A stretch of DNA of 64,000 bases from Flavobacteriales bacterium (lineage in GTDB: Bacteria; Bacteroidota; Bacteroidia; Palsa-965), in contig JBEIPA010000002.1 of the NCBI GenBank assembly GCA_040377305.1, positions 66,245-130,244 of the forward strand, given 5' to 3'. The notes below the pieces were generated by a model. The model did not search any database. It was not told the origin of the DNA and saw nothing but the letters and a program-made list of their open reading frames with translations. The stretch's first letter is position 1; every line of letters starts with the position of its first letter. Of the stretch, positions 20,098-29,423 are shown in pieces. The position numbers were made by a program, and so were the translations under genes.

Positions 20098-22200
20098 ATG
20101 AAGATTAAAAAATGGATCCTTCCGGTAATTGCACTGCTGATTGCAATTCCAACATTGGTATCGGCGCAAGGAAAACCCAACCTGCACGTTTCGTGGACTT
20201 ACACGGTAAAGCCATTGAGTGATTGCGAATTCGATCTCATTTTCACGGCGACGATTGAAAAGGATTGGCATTTATATTCACAGATTCCGGTAACAGATGG
20301 TCCACTGCCAACTGTTTTCATGTTCGATCCTTCCCTTGATTATAAATTGGTTGGTAAAACTTCAGAACCCAAGCCAATTGAAAAGGAAGAAGAGGTTTTC
20401 GGTCCTGGAATTATCATCAAGTACTTCGAGAACAAAGCTGTATTTCATCAGAAAGTCAAAGCGCTTTCCAATAAACCATTCAAGATAACAGGAGCAATTG
20501 ATGGTATGGCTTGCAGCGATATGCAATGTGTCAATTTCTTCCCCTATCCCATCTTTTCTTTCGACATTCCTCTTTGCAGCGGGGGAGCAACTACAACTGC
20601 AACGGATAGTTTTCCAAAATTCGATTCTGTTAAGTGGCAGCACACGCAAGATTCAATTCGCATTCGGAAAGAAGATTCAACACGTAAAGCCGACAGCATT
20701 AAAAACAATGGCCAACCAAAAAATGGTGACGCCAATTCAGCTGGCACGCTTAAACAAGGAGGTACATCTGTTTGGGCGGCTTTCGGTGGAGGATTTATTG
20801 GAGGATTGCTCGCCTTAATTACTCCGTGTGTATTTCCAATGATTCCAATGACGGTGAGTTTCTTCACAAAGCGGGCAAAGAACCGTAAGAAAGGAATTCG
20901 CGACGCGATTATTTATGCATTTTCAATCGTTGCAATTTATGTTTCACTTGGGTTGTTGGTTACACTTGCTACAGGAAATCCCCAAACACTGAACCAACTC
21001 TCTGCTAACATTTGGTTCAACCTTATCTTCTTCGCGGTATTCGTCGTCTTCGGGATTTCATTTTTGGGTGCATTTGAAATTACACTGCCCTCCGCATTCG
21101 TGAACAAAATTGATCGCGCATCCGATAAAGGTGGATTGCTTGGAATATTCTTCATGGCATTCACCCTTTCGCTCGTGTCATTTTCATGCACAGGTCCAAT
21201 AGTTGGAACGGCGTTGGTTGAAGCAACAAAAGCAGGGATCACAGGACCGCTGTTTGTAATGCTCGGATTTTCAATTGCGCTTGCTTTGCCGTTCATGTTG
21301 TTCGCGATGTTCCCGGGATGGCTGAACTCACTTCCAAAATCAGGAGGATGGCTTAATTCAGTAAAGGTTGTAATGGGGCTCCTTGAATTTGCATTGGCAT
21401 TAAAGTTTCTTTCGAATGTCGATTTGTCGTACCACTGGGGAATAATTACACGTGAAGTATTCATCGCGATGTGGATCGTGTGCTTCTCATTGATCGGATT
21501 TTATCTTCTGGGCAAAATCAAATTCTCCCACGATAGCGATTTGCCACATGTTTCAGTTCCACGAACCATATTCGCAATTTTCACTTTCGCATTTGTGGTG
21601 TATCTGATTCCTGGAATGTGGGGCGCACCAATACGAATGCTAAGTGGAATTCTGCCACCGTCGTATTACAGCGAGAATATTGAAATGTTTAGTGGTGGTG
21701 GATCGGTAATGACAACGAACGATTCATTACCAGAGGGAATTGATCCTTCGCACTGTCCGCTCAATCTGAATTGCTTCCACGAATACGATAAAGCACTCGC
21801 ATACGCGAAGAAAATGAACAAACCTCTCTTCGTCGATTTCACTGGATACAATTGCGCAAATTGTCGACGCATGGAAGACAATGTGTGGCCAGATCCTTCT
21901 GTCAAGAAGCAATTGGAAAGCGACTACATTGTTGTTTCACTGTACTGTGACGATAAAGAGGAGCTTCCCGATAATCTGAAGTACACGACTGAAGGAGGAA
22001 TTAAAATTGATACGTGGGGACACAAATGGAGTCAGATGCAGATCGATCGATATGGTCTAAACGGACAGCCGACATATGTGTTGCTAGATCACGATGAGAA
22101 ACTCCTTTACGCTCCGATTCCTTACACTCCGGATATTGAAGAATATGCGAAACTGCTTAAGGACGGTGTAGCGAAGTTCAACGGAATACACGGTAAATAA
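20098..22200 (+). CDS. dsbD: Thiol:disulfide interchange protein DsbD (N-domain + CcdA-like TM core + thioredoxin-like C-domain)
   Basis: TM core cysteines in LITPCVFPM and SCTGPIVG. C-terminal thioredoxin fold with CANC (FTGYNCANCRRME). 700 aa. Confidence 0.75.
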   Translation: MKIKKWILPVIALLIAIPTLVSAQGKPNLHVSWTYTVKPLSDCEFDLIFTATIEKDWHLYSQIPVTDGPLPTVFMFDPSLDYKLVGKTSEPKPIEKEEEVFGPGIIIKYFENKAVFHQKVKALSNKPFKITGAIDGMACSDMQCVNFFPYPIFSFDIPLCSGGATTTATDSFPKFDSVKWQHTQDSIRIRKEDSTRKADSIKNNGQPKNGDANSAGTLKQGGTSVWAAFGGGFIGGLLALITPCVFPMIPMTVSFFTKRAKNRKKGIRDAIIYAFSIVAIYVSLGLLVTLATGNPQTLNQLSANIWFNLIFFAVFVVFGISFLGAFEITLPSAFVNKIDRASDKGGLLGIFFMAFTLSLVSFSCTGPIVGTALVEATKAGITGPLFVMLGFSIALALPFMLFAMFPGWLNSLPKSGGWLNSVKVVMGLLEFALALKFLSNVDLSYHWGIITREVFIAMWIVCFSLIGFYLLGKIKFSHDSDLPHVSVPRTIFAIFTFAFVVYLIPGMWGAPIRMLSGILPPSYYSENIEMFSGGGSVMTTNDSLPEGIDPSHCPLNLNCFHEYDKALAYAKKMNKPLFVDFTGYNCANCRRMEDNVWPDPSVKKQLESDYIVVSLYCDDKEELPDNLKYTTEGGIKIDTWGHKWSQMQIDRYGLNGQPTYVLLDHDEKLLYAPIPYTPDIEEYAKLLKDGVAKFNGIHGK

Positions 22201-22201
22201 C

Positions 22202-22240
22202 AAAACGCCTCGACGATAGAACGTCGGGGCGTTTTTATTT
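22202..22240. terminator. Bidirectional terminator between convergent dsbD and lptB
   Basis: AAACGCCTCGACG, ATAGA, ACGTCGGGGCGTTTTTATTT. Confidence 0.55.
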
Positions 22241-22245
22241 ATGAA

Positions 22246-22980
22246 TTAATGCGTCGGTTTTCTCAACTCAAAATTCTTTCCGAGGTATACACGTCTCACT
22301 TGTTCGTCCGCTGCCAGTTCTTCTGCAGTGCCGGCTTTCAGGATTTTTCCTTCGAACAATAAGTAAGCCCGATCGGTAATCGTGAGTGTTTCGTGTACGT
22401 TGTGATCGGTGATGAGAATACCGATGTTCTTTCTTTTCAAGCCGTAAACTACCTGCTGAATATCTTCCACCGCAATCGGATCGACTCCGGCAAATGGTTC
22501 ATCGAGGAGAATAAATTTCGGATCGTTGGCAAGTGCGCGTGCAATTTCGGTTCTGCGTCGCTCTCCACCCGAAAGTGCATCACCATTATTCTTGCGAATG
22601 TGCTGCAAACCGAATTCATCCAAAAGTGTTTCGAGCTTATTAGCCTGTTCACCTTTTGTAAGCTTCGTCATTTCCAGCACGGCCTTAATGTTTGACTCTA
22701 CCGTAAGCTTGCGAAACACAGAAGCTTCCTGTGCGAGATAACCGATTCCACGTTGCGCGCGCCGATACATCGGTTCACGTGTGATGTCGACATCGTCAAG
22801 ATAAACCTTACCGGAATTCGGCTGAATCATTCCTACAATCATGTAGAAAGAAGTGGTTTTCCCTGCTCCGTTCGGACCAAGCAATCCAACAATTTCACCT
22901 TGTCTTACTTCAATAGAAACGCCTTGCACTACTGTGCGGCTTTTATATTTTTTGATGATGTTGGTTGCTCCGAGAATCAC
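22246..22980 (-). CDS. lptB: LPS export ABC transporter ATP-binding protein
   Basis: Walker [10 protein letters not shown]. 244 aa, single NBD with no TM partner fused. Signature LSGGERRR. Confidence 0.7.
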   Translation of the reverse strand: MILGATNIIKKYKSRTVVQGVSIEVRQGEIVGLLGPNGAGKTTSFYMIVGMIQPNSGKVYLDDVDITREPMYRRAQRGIGYLAQEASVFRKLTVESNIKAVLEMTKLTKGEQANKLETLLDEFGLQHIRKNNGDALSGGERRRTEIARALANDPKFILLDEPFAGVDPIAVEDIQQVVYGLKRKNIGILITDHNVHETLTITDRAYLLFEGKILKAGTAEELAADEQVRRVYLGKNFELRKPTH

Positions 22981-23047
22981 AGCACAAAGGTATGAGGAAT
23001 GGGTAATGAGGGACGTGGAATGCGCATTATTATGAAGAGTTAACCAA

Positions 23048-25531
23048 TCAGAATAATACTTGTAATGAAATACGGATTCCGCTGTACCAGGCAGTATTTA
23101 CACCGGGCAGATCGCGATAATTCACCCGATAAAAATAGTCGACGCGGAAGAAACGAAAGATATTCTCGACGCCAAGTCCCCATTCCATAAACGGACGTTT
23201 GTTCAGCGAATGCAAGGTGGTTGGAAATGCAAGCACATCTGTATTCGCCGTATTTACACTACCGAACACGCAACGGAACGAAGCAACCTCACGCCATTTG
23301 AGTTTACGCATCAGTGGAATTTTGTTCAGGAAGAAACCGTCGAAGTGATGAATAAGAGTTGCCATTGCATACTGATCGCTGGCGAATTCATAATAATTCA
23401 TCGTGTTGAAAGAGGCCCAATCGTACACGTAGGTCTGGTTACCCGGATGCAGAATCATAAGCGGGTAAGGCAAAGTTCCCCAGATTTTTCCTGCTTCCAG
23501 AATGTAGTTCGTATAACCAATCGGGTTAATGCGAATACGGTCATCCAGATTTATACTGAGCTTGTGATAGGAGTAATCGGAATCGAAAACTCCTTTCAAT
23601 CCGGCAACATACTGAACCTGTATAATCGGAAAACGAGTACCCATACTTACGCGGGAGAAAACACCTTCCACATATTTCTCATCCCACGCGAAACGCAATT
23701 GAGTTCTGATCTCCGATGTGTGAATGCCTGGTTTATACTGGCGCTCACCGGTAACAGAACTGATGTGATAATAAGAAGTATCATTCAACGGATACATACT
23801 TCGGTTCACAAGCGACATTCGCATATTGAAGCCCACCCACCAGTCGCGCTCATACCAAACTTCATATTGCTCAACACGTGTCATGTTGTTCAATGGATTC
23901 GTCCGGAACAACGAAGCAAGAGCGTTGTCACTGGTAAACGCGTTATTACTGTTACCAAGAATTTCGTAGTCGTTCTTGTAATTGATTCCAACAAGTTGTC
24001 GTGGCTTCTTCGTGATGAAAGACTTGAAACCGAAATTGTATTTGAATTCTTTATCGTCCAAACCATAGGCGACATAACCACTCGCTTCGACCCATCGACT
24101 GAATGCATTGCTCGTTCGTCCACCTATTCTGAATCGCCAACCTTCAATCTGGTTTTTCGAAACGGTTTTGTACCAGGGACCATATTCCATTGGACCTACA
24201 ATCTTGTAACCCGAATATCCGGTGATGATCACATCCTGCCACGTTTTGTAAATAGCCAGATTCTGCACGGAGTCAACCATGTTATAAATTCCTTCTTCAC
24301 GACTGGAGAGTGTATCATGTCGCGCATTCGCCCAGAACGCACTGTCTCTCTTCTCCGCACCTTCCTCAACTATAAGATTTTCCGTTCGCGTATAGAAGTC
24401 ATCTTCCTTGCATTGGTTCACAACGATATTTCGGTATGAAGTGGTTTTCCTTCCGTACAACCCGAGTTGCTTTTTACTGAGTGTCTGGAAGTCGGCAACA
24501 ACACGCTCCTGCGTCAACATCCACGCGCCGGAAGTATTATCGTAATCCTGAATTACATAAAATGCTTTGCAGTAATTCAGGTTCGCATCATCCGTAATAG
24601 TCATCTCCAATCGCTTAACTGCAAATGCGGTGTCAGCAATCCACATATTACCATCGAACAGCAATTCCTGTTTACGCTTCGGTACGAACTGAATCTGGTA
24701 GCACCAATGTCCGTCTATGGAAATACTATCAATAAGATAATACTTGTAGAAGAAGGTCCCCTGATTCGAAATCGGACTCACGAAATGCTTCCCGAAGAGA
24801 ATTATATTGTTCTCGTAGATGTTTACATCCTGATACATCTCTCCCGTAAACTGAGCAACCGATGCGTCCTCAATTCCGGAAACCTGTGAACCTTTGATGA
24901 CTTCTTTTTTCGTCTTTGGATCTTTCCGGTAGTAAAAATCAGAAACCGATTCCGAGAAAAACATCGGGAGCTGCGGCTTTTCCATTGGATTCGTACTGTC
25001 TATACCATCGAAAATAAATTTCACCGGACGCATGATCTTAGAGTTCTGGAAATCTTCCGAGATATTGTTCAGATCGAATTCCAGTTTATTGTACGCTTCG
25101 TACTGATAGCACTCGTGCTTCTCCTTGTTATTCTCTGGTTTGTGGGCCCACACTTTTTTGAGAAGTGTAACTGCAGGATTTTCCCCCGGATAAATCGTTA
25201 CTGTATTTAATGCAACGGAATTTGTTGCCAATGGAATATTCAGCGTTTGCTTTACGCCATGTTTGATGGGAAGAACTGCGGGCTTGTAACCGATGTATTG
25301 TGCTCTGATAGAATCTGCCCGTACATCAGTGTTGATGGTATAATTCCCATCGATATCACTCACAGCTCCAACCTTAGTACCAACGAGAATGATGTTCACG
25401 AAAGGCATTGGCTCCTGCGTGAGAGAATCGTAAATCTTACCGGTAATAATCGTGACTTGTCCGGCGAGATTCTGGGAGAAAAACGCGAGTGTAAAAATTA
25501 GCGCAACTGCACGTAAAAGTCGGATAATCAT
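23048..25531 (-). CDS. Carboxypeptidase-regulatory-like domain + DUF5686-type outer membrane beta-barrel protein
   Basis: Has a signal peptide. N-terminal CarbopepD_reg-like segment [38 protein letters not shown]. 827 aa and aromatic-rich. Confidence 0.5.
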   Translation of the reverse strand: MIIRLLRAVALIFTLAFFSQNLAGQVTIITGKIYDSLTQEPMPFVNIILVGTKVGAVSDIDGNYTINTDVRADSIRAQYIGYKPAVLPIKHGVKQTLNIPLATNSVALNTVTIYPGENPAVTLLKKVWAHKPENNKEKHECYQYEAYNKLEFDLNNISEDFQNSKIMRPVKFIFDGIDSTNPMEKPQLPMFFSESVSDFYYRKDPKTKKEVIKGSQVSGIEDASVAQFTGEMYQDVNIYENNIILFGKHFVSPISNQGTFFYKYYLIDSISIDGHWCYQIQFVPKRKQELLFDGNMWIADTAFAVKRLEMTITDDANLNYCKAFYVIQDYDNTSGAWMLTQERVVADFQTLSKKQLGLYGRKTTSYRNIVVNQCKEDDFYTRTENLIVEEGAEKRDSAFWANARHDTLSSREEGIYNMVDSVQNLAIYKTWQDVIITGYSGYKIVGPMEYGPWYKTVSKNQIEGWRFRIGGRTSNAFSRWVEASGYVAYGLDDKEFKYNFGFKSFITKKPRQLVGINYKNDYEILGNSNNAFTSDNALASLFRTNPLNNMTRVEQYEVWYERDWWVGFNMRMSLVNRSMYPLNDTSYYHISSVTGERQYKPGIHTSEIRTQLRFAWDEKYVEGVFSRVSMGTRFPIIQVQYVAGLKGVFDSDYSYHKLSINLDDRIRINPIGYTNYILEAGKIWGTLPYPLMILHPGNQTYVYDWASFNTMNYYEFASDQYAMATLIHHFDGFFLNKIPLMRKLKWREVASFRCVFGSVNTANTDVLAFPTTLHSLNKRPFMEWGLGVENIFRFFRVDYFYRVNYRDLPGVNTAWYSGIRISLQVLF

Positions 25532-25680
25532 CAGTTACGAATATACGAACCGTTCCCTGTTTCCGGTTCCCGGTCCCCAGTGAAATCAGAGCTATTTTTC
25601 AAGAAATTACTACGAAGCGAATGGAAGGTTTTTGAAACTGATCTGTGATACCACAAATACAGGAAACCGGGAACGGGGAA

Positions 25681-26022
25681 CTATTGCTGTTCGAGTGCCT
25701 CCCAGTATTCCACTGCCCTTCTCGTATGCGGAATCACAATCGTTCCGCCAACAATATTCGCTACAGCGAAGGTTTCGAAGATTTCGTCCTTCGTTACACC
25801 TATTTCGTGGCATTTTCCGAGGTGATACTTGATGCAATCGTCGCAGCGAAGCACCATTGAAGCGACCAATCCGAGCAATTCTTTTGTCTTCACCGGAAGT
25901 GCACCTTCCTGGTAGGTGTTGGTATCCAGATTGAACAGGCGCTTGAGAACGAGATTATCCTGGGTAAGAATTTTCTCATTCATGCGGGCACGGTAGTCGT
26001 TGAAGTCGGTTACGAGGCTCAT
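25681..26022 (-). CDS. Carboxymuconolactone decarboxylase family protein (AhpD-like)
   Basis: 113 aa. CDDCIKYHLGKCHE carries the AhpD-like CxxC..H motif. Confidence 0.7.
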   Translation of the reverse strand: MSLVTDFNDYRARMNEKILTQDNLVLKRLFNLDTNTYQEGALPVKTKELLGLVASMVLRCDDCIKYHLGKCHEIGVTKDEIFETFAVANIVGGTIVIPHTRRAVEYWEALEQQ

Positions 26023-26171
26023 TACAACAGTTGATTTATGATTCGATGATGGAATTATAGGATGATTAAATAGAATCTTCCAAAATATTACACTGCGCTG
26101 ACTACTTACCTGAAACCCATCCGATCATTCAATCATCCGATAATCCTATCATCAGTCGGAGTCAGTCCAGA

Positions 26172-27008
26172 TTACTCGGCAGCCAATCGTTTCTCTACGC
26201 GGGCGACAACCACAATGCTCACTTCATACAGAATCCAAAGTGGAACCGCCACCATGGTAAGTGTAAGAACATCGGTGGTAGGAGTGATAATTGCAGACAC
26301 AATCAGGATCACGATGATTGCATGCTTACGATACTTTCTTAAAAAGCTGGCTGAGATAATTCCGAATCGACCAAGGAAGTACATAATGATGGGCAATTCA
26401 AACACGAGTCCCATCAGGAGCACGAGCGTTGTCACTATTGAAATGTAAGAATCCATGTTCACGTTGACATCGATGGGATCATTAATATCAATCTGATAAT
26501 TGCCCAGGAAATAAACTGCCATCGGAGTCACAATCCAATAAGCAAACGCAACGCCCATCAAAAACAAAACAGACGCGTAAAAAATAAAACCACGTGCCGC
26601 CCTGATTTCTTTTTGCTGTAACGCCGGTGAGATGAATCGCCACATCTCCCAGAGCAGATAGGGGAATCCTGCTACGAGACCGGCAACAATCGACACCCAC
26701 ATGTGCGTTGAGAACGCATCCAGAAGCCCGATAAACTGAAAATCGAAATCGAATAGCTTGAAACACAGTGTATCACCGAATCCCCACGATTGCGAACACT
26801 CACAAAGAAATGTGTAAGTGAAAAAATCCATTTTACTCGGTCCAAGAACAATCTTGGTAAACAGGATTTCAGGGTAACAGAACGCCGCGCCCGCAAGTAC
26901 AATGATTACAATTACCGAACGCACCAAATGCCATCGCAAAGATTCGATGTGACCGAGAAAAGACATTTCGCCTTCCTTGCGGTCAGAGCGTTTGGTAAAA
27001 AGTCCCAT
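26172..27008 (-). CDS. tatC: Twin-arginine translocase subunit TatC
   Basis: MSFLGHIESLRWHL is the N-terminal TatC signature. Six TM helices. Start could instead be the internal MSFLGHI Met (26966). Confidence 0.8.
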   Translation of the reverse strand: MGLFTKRSDRKEGEMSFLGHIESLRWHLVRSVIVIIVLAGAAFCYPEILFTKIVLGPSKMDFFTYTFLCECSQSWGFGDTLCFKLFDFDFQFIGLLDAFSTHMWVSIVAGLVAGFPYLLWEMWRFISPALQQKEIRAARGFIFYASVLFLMGVAFAYWIVTPMAVYFLGNYQIDINDPIDVNVNMDSYISIVTTLVLLMGLVFELPIIMYFLGRFGIISASFLRKYRKHAIIVILIVSAIITPTTDVLTLTMVAVPLWILYEVSIVVVARVEKRLAAE

Positions 27009-27021
27009 TGTGGCGCCAAAG

Positions 27022-27110
27022 GTAAGAAGTAGGCAAGTCCATAAGTACGTAAGTAGGCAAGTATTTACAACTCCTCACCTACTTGCCTACTTAAGACTTA
27101 AGACTTAGGA
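27022..27110. repeat. AGTAGGCAAGT / ACTTGCCTACT palindromic repeat (locus D) in the tatC / TPR-protein divergent promoter region
   Basis: GTAAGAAGTAGGCAAGT ... GTAAGTAGGCAAGT, spacer, ACCTACTTGCCTACTTAAG, then a 7-bp tandem ACTTAAG/ACTTAGG/ACCTAGG. Confidence 0.45.
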
Positions 27111-27153
27111 CCTAGGAACTTTTTTTGCCAACGAATTCCTATCTTTCACCGCT

Positions 27154-29421
27154 ATGCGCCGCGTCGAGCCCATTAAAACCGAAGTTTCAGACAAATCAAC
27201 ATCTGGTCCGGCACAGTCCGGTAAGCTGAACTACGGACTTTCCTTTTACGCAATTGCTGCGGTCATTCTTGGACTTCTCTTTTGGGCGTATTCCAAACAC
27301 TTTGACAATCAGTTTGAATTCGACGACGCGCATTGCATTGTTCAGAACAGTGCACTCGACACCATGGACATCGGTGCGTTCATGACCGACCCTGCAACCT
27401 ACTCTACTTTGCCAAAGAATCAGGCGTGGCGTCCTGGGATTACAATTATGAATTCTTTCGACACGATTCGCAGCGAAAACCGTGTTCCGGATCCGTTTCA
27501 GTTTCACCTGAACATTTTTATCAGCTACATCATCACGGGTGTGCTCGTATTTTTTATGCTGTTGTGGTTCGTGCGTAAATCGTTTCCTGAGCTGAAGTGG
27601 GCACACATTGCCGCGCTCCTCGGCACAGGATTATTCTGGTTGCATACTGCGAATGCGGAAACAATCAACTACGTCATTGCACGTTCCGATTCTCAATCAA
27701 CACTTTTTATTGTGCTGGGAATCGTCATGTTCCAATATTCGGAACTCAGCAGGAAATATTTTCTGTTCGTAATTCCAATGGCGCTCGGATTTCTTTTCAA
27801 AGAATCTGCAATCATGCTTGCACCAATTCTCGTCGTATTCTGTTGGTTATTCACAGAAAAATTCACGAAGAATTTCCTTGTGCTCGGGGTCGCCTTTATC
27901 GCAGCCTTAATTCTTTATGGCATCTCCGCAGCAAACACACCGGAAACATGGACCCCGGGTGGAAGCAGTCCGTTCTTGTATCTCTGCACACAAGCATTTG
28001 TAATCGTTCATTACTTCTTCACGTTTGTTCTTCCTGTAAATCTCAGCGCTGATACCGATTGGACCTACGTTACATCACCCTTCGACACACGTGTGATGGC
28101 AGGAGCAGTTTTCATTTTCGCGTTGTTTGTTCTCGCAATTCGCTGGTCACGAAAACAAGAAACACGCCTGGCTTCATTTGGAATCTTTTGGTTCTTCCTT
28201 GCGCTTGCACCAACCAGCAGCGTGGTTCCGTTTTCTGAAGTGATGAACGATCACCGCATTTTCTTTCCGTTCATCGGACTGGTGATGGTCGCTGTGAATT
28301 TTGGAATTCTAGGTTACAGAAAACTGGAGTCGTTGAATTCCTCTTTCGGAAAGTTCGCAATGCAAGGTGCAATCGCTTTACTGTTGATTGGTCATGCCAT
28401 CGGTACGCACACGCGTTGCGCTGTATGGGACAACAACGAAACACTCTGGACAGATGTAACGATCAAGAGTCCCAACAATGGTCGCGGTTGGATGAACTAC
28501 GGGTTAGCGATCATGCCGCGCAACCTCGATAGTGCAATTCTCGCTTTCGACAAAACACTTCAGTTAAGTCCTTACTATTCTTACGCGCACATCAACATGG
28601 GAATTGCGCAAGACAGCAAAGGCAACTCTGCGCTGGCTGAACAATATTTATCGCATGCATTGCGTCTCGACAGCATCAATCCTGAAGCGTATTACTATTA
28701 CGCAGAATGGCTCATCAGAAACAATCGAAGCAACGAAGCCAAATCACTTTTAGAAAAAGGATTGCAGCTAAGTCCTTCGCACGGAAGAATGGCCATGCTG
28801 CTCAATGGACTCAACAGCGGACAAAGTGGTCCATTGGGAATTGCATTGGCGAACGCAGACGCAAATCCGACTCCCGAAAATCTCTTGCAACTTAGTCTCG
28901 AATGGTACAACGCGGGAGAATATCTGCAATGCGTTCTCACTGCAGAAAAAGCAGTAGCACTGAAACCTGATTACGCAGCGGCCTGGATTAATATCTGTGC
29001 GGGTTACAACAAAATTGGAGAATTCGACAAAGCAATTGCGGCCGGCGAAAAAGCATTTGCGCTTTCACCGAACGATCAATTGGCTATAGGAAACCTGAAT
29101 TTCGCGATGACGGAAAAGAAACGCTTCGATGAAATGAACGCGCAAGCGAATGCAGCTCCAACTTACGAACGCTGGATTTCATTGAGCCTCGAATGGTACA
29201 AAGCAGGAAACTTCCGCAAGAGCTTAGAGGCCGCACAGGAAGGCGTGAAGCTGAATCCAAATGATGCGACCGGATACAACAACGTTTGTGCTTCCGCTAT
29301 CAAACTTGGTGAATTCGATATCGCCATTGAAGCTGGAGAAAATGCGGTGCGTTTAAAACCTGATTGGGAGTTGGCGAAAAATAATCTGGCAGAAGCGCAA
29401 AGACTAAAAGCGGCTAAATAA
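27154..29421 (+). CDS. Polytopic membrane protein with C-terminal TPR repeats (glycosyltransferase-39/DUF2723-like N-domain)
   Basis: The N-terminal half has about 11 TM helices. C-terminal repeats of the form EWYNAGEY..A....A..L.P are TPR-like. Confidence 0.5.
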   Translation: MRRVEPIKTEVSDKSTSGPAQSGKLNYGLSFYAIAAVILGLLFWAYSKHFDNQFEFDDAHCIVQNSALDTMDIGAFMTDPATYSTLPKNQAWRPGITIMNSFDTIRSENRVPDPFQFHLNIFISYIITGVLVFFMLLWFVRKSFPELKWAHIAALLGTGLFWLHTANAETINYVIARSDSQSTLFIVLGIVMFQYSELSRKYFLFVIPMALGFLFKESAIMLAPILVVFCWLFTEKFTKNFLVLGVAFIAALILYGISAANTPETWTPGGSSPFLYLCTQAFVIVHYFFTFVLPVNLSADTDWTYVTSPFDTRVMAGAVFIFALFVLAIRWSRKQETRLASFGIFWFFLALAPTSSVVPFSEVMNDHRIFFPFIGLVMVAVNFGILGYRKLESLNSSFGKFAMQGAIALLLIGHAIGTHTRCAVWDNNETLWTDVTIKSPNNGRGWMNYGLAIMPRNLDSAILAFDKTLQLSPYYSYAHINMGIAQDSKGNSALAEQYLSHALRLDSINPEAYYYYAEWLIRNNRSNEAKSLLEKGLQLSPSHGRMAMLLNGLNSGQSGPLGIALANADANPTPENLLQLSLEWYNAGEYLQCVLTAEKAVALKPDYAAAWINICAGYNKIGEFDKAIAAGEKAFALSPNDQLAIGNLNFAMTEKKRFDEMNAQANAAPTYERWISLSLEWYKAGNFRKSLEAAQEGVKLNPNDATGYNNVCASAIKLGEFDIAIEAGENAVRLKPDWELAKNNLAEAQRLKAAK

Positions 29422-29423
29422 AA

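Noticed and set aside
20937-21464. 175-aa ORF on the minus strand
   Set aside because: Antisense within dsbD.
23210-24439. 409-aa ORF on the plus strand
   Set aside because: Lies entirely antisense within the 827-aa DUF5686-like gene. No motif. Typical shadow ORF.
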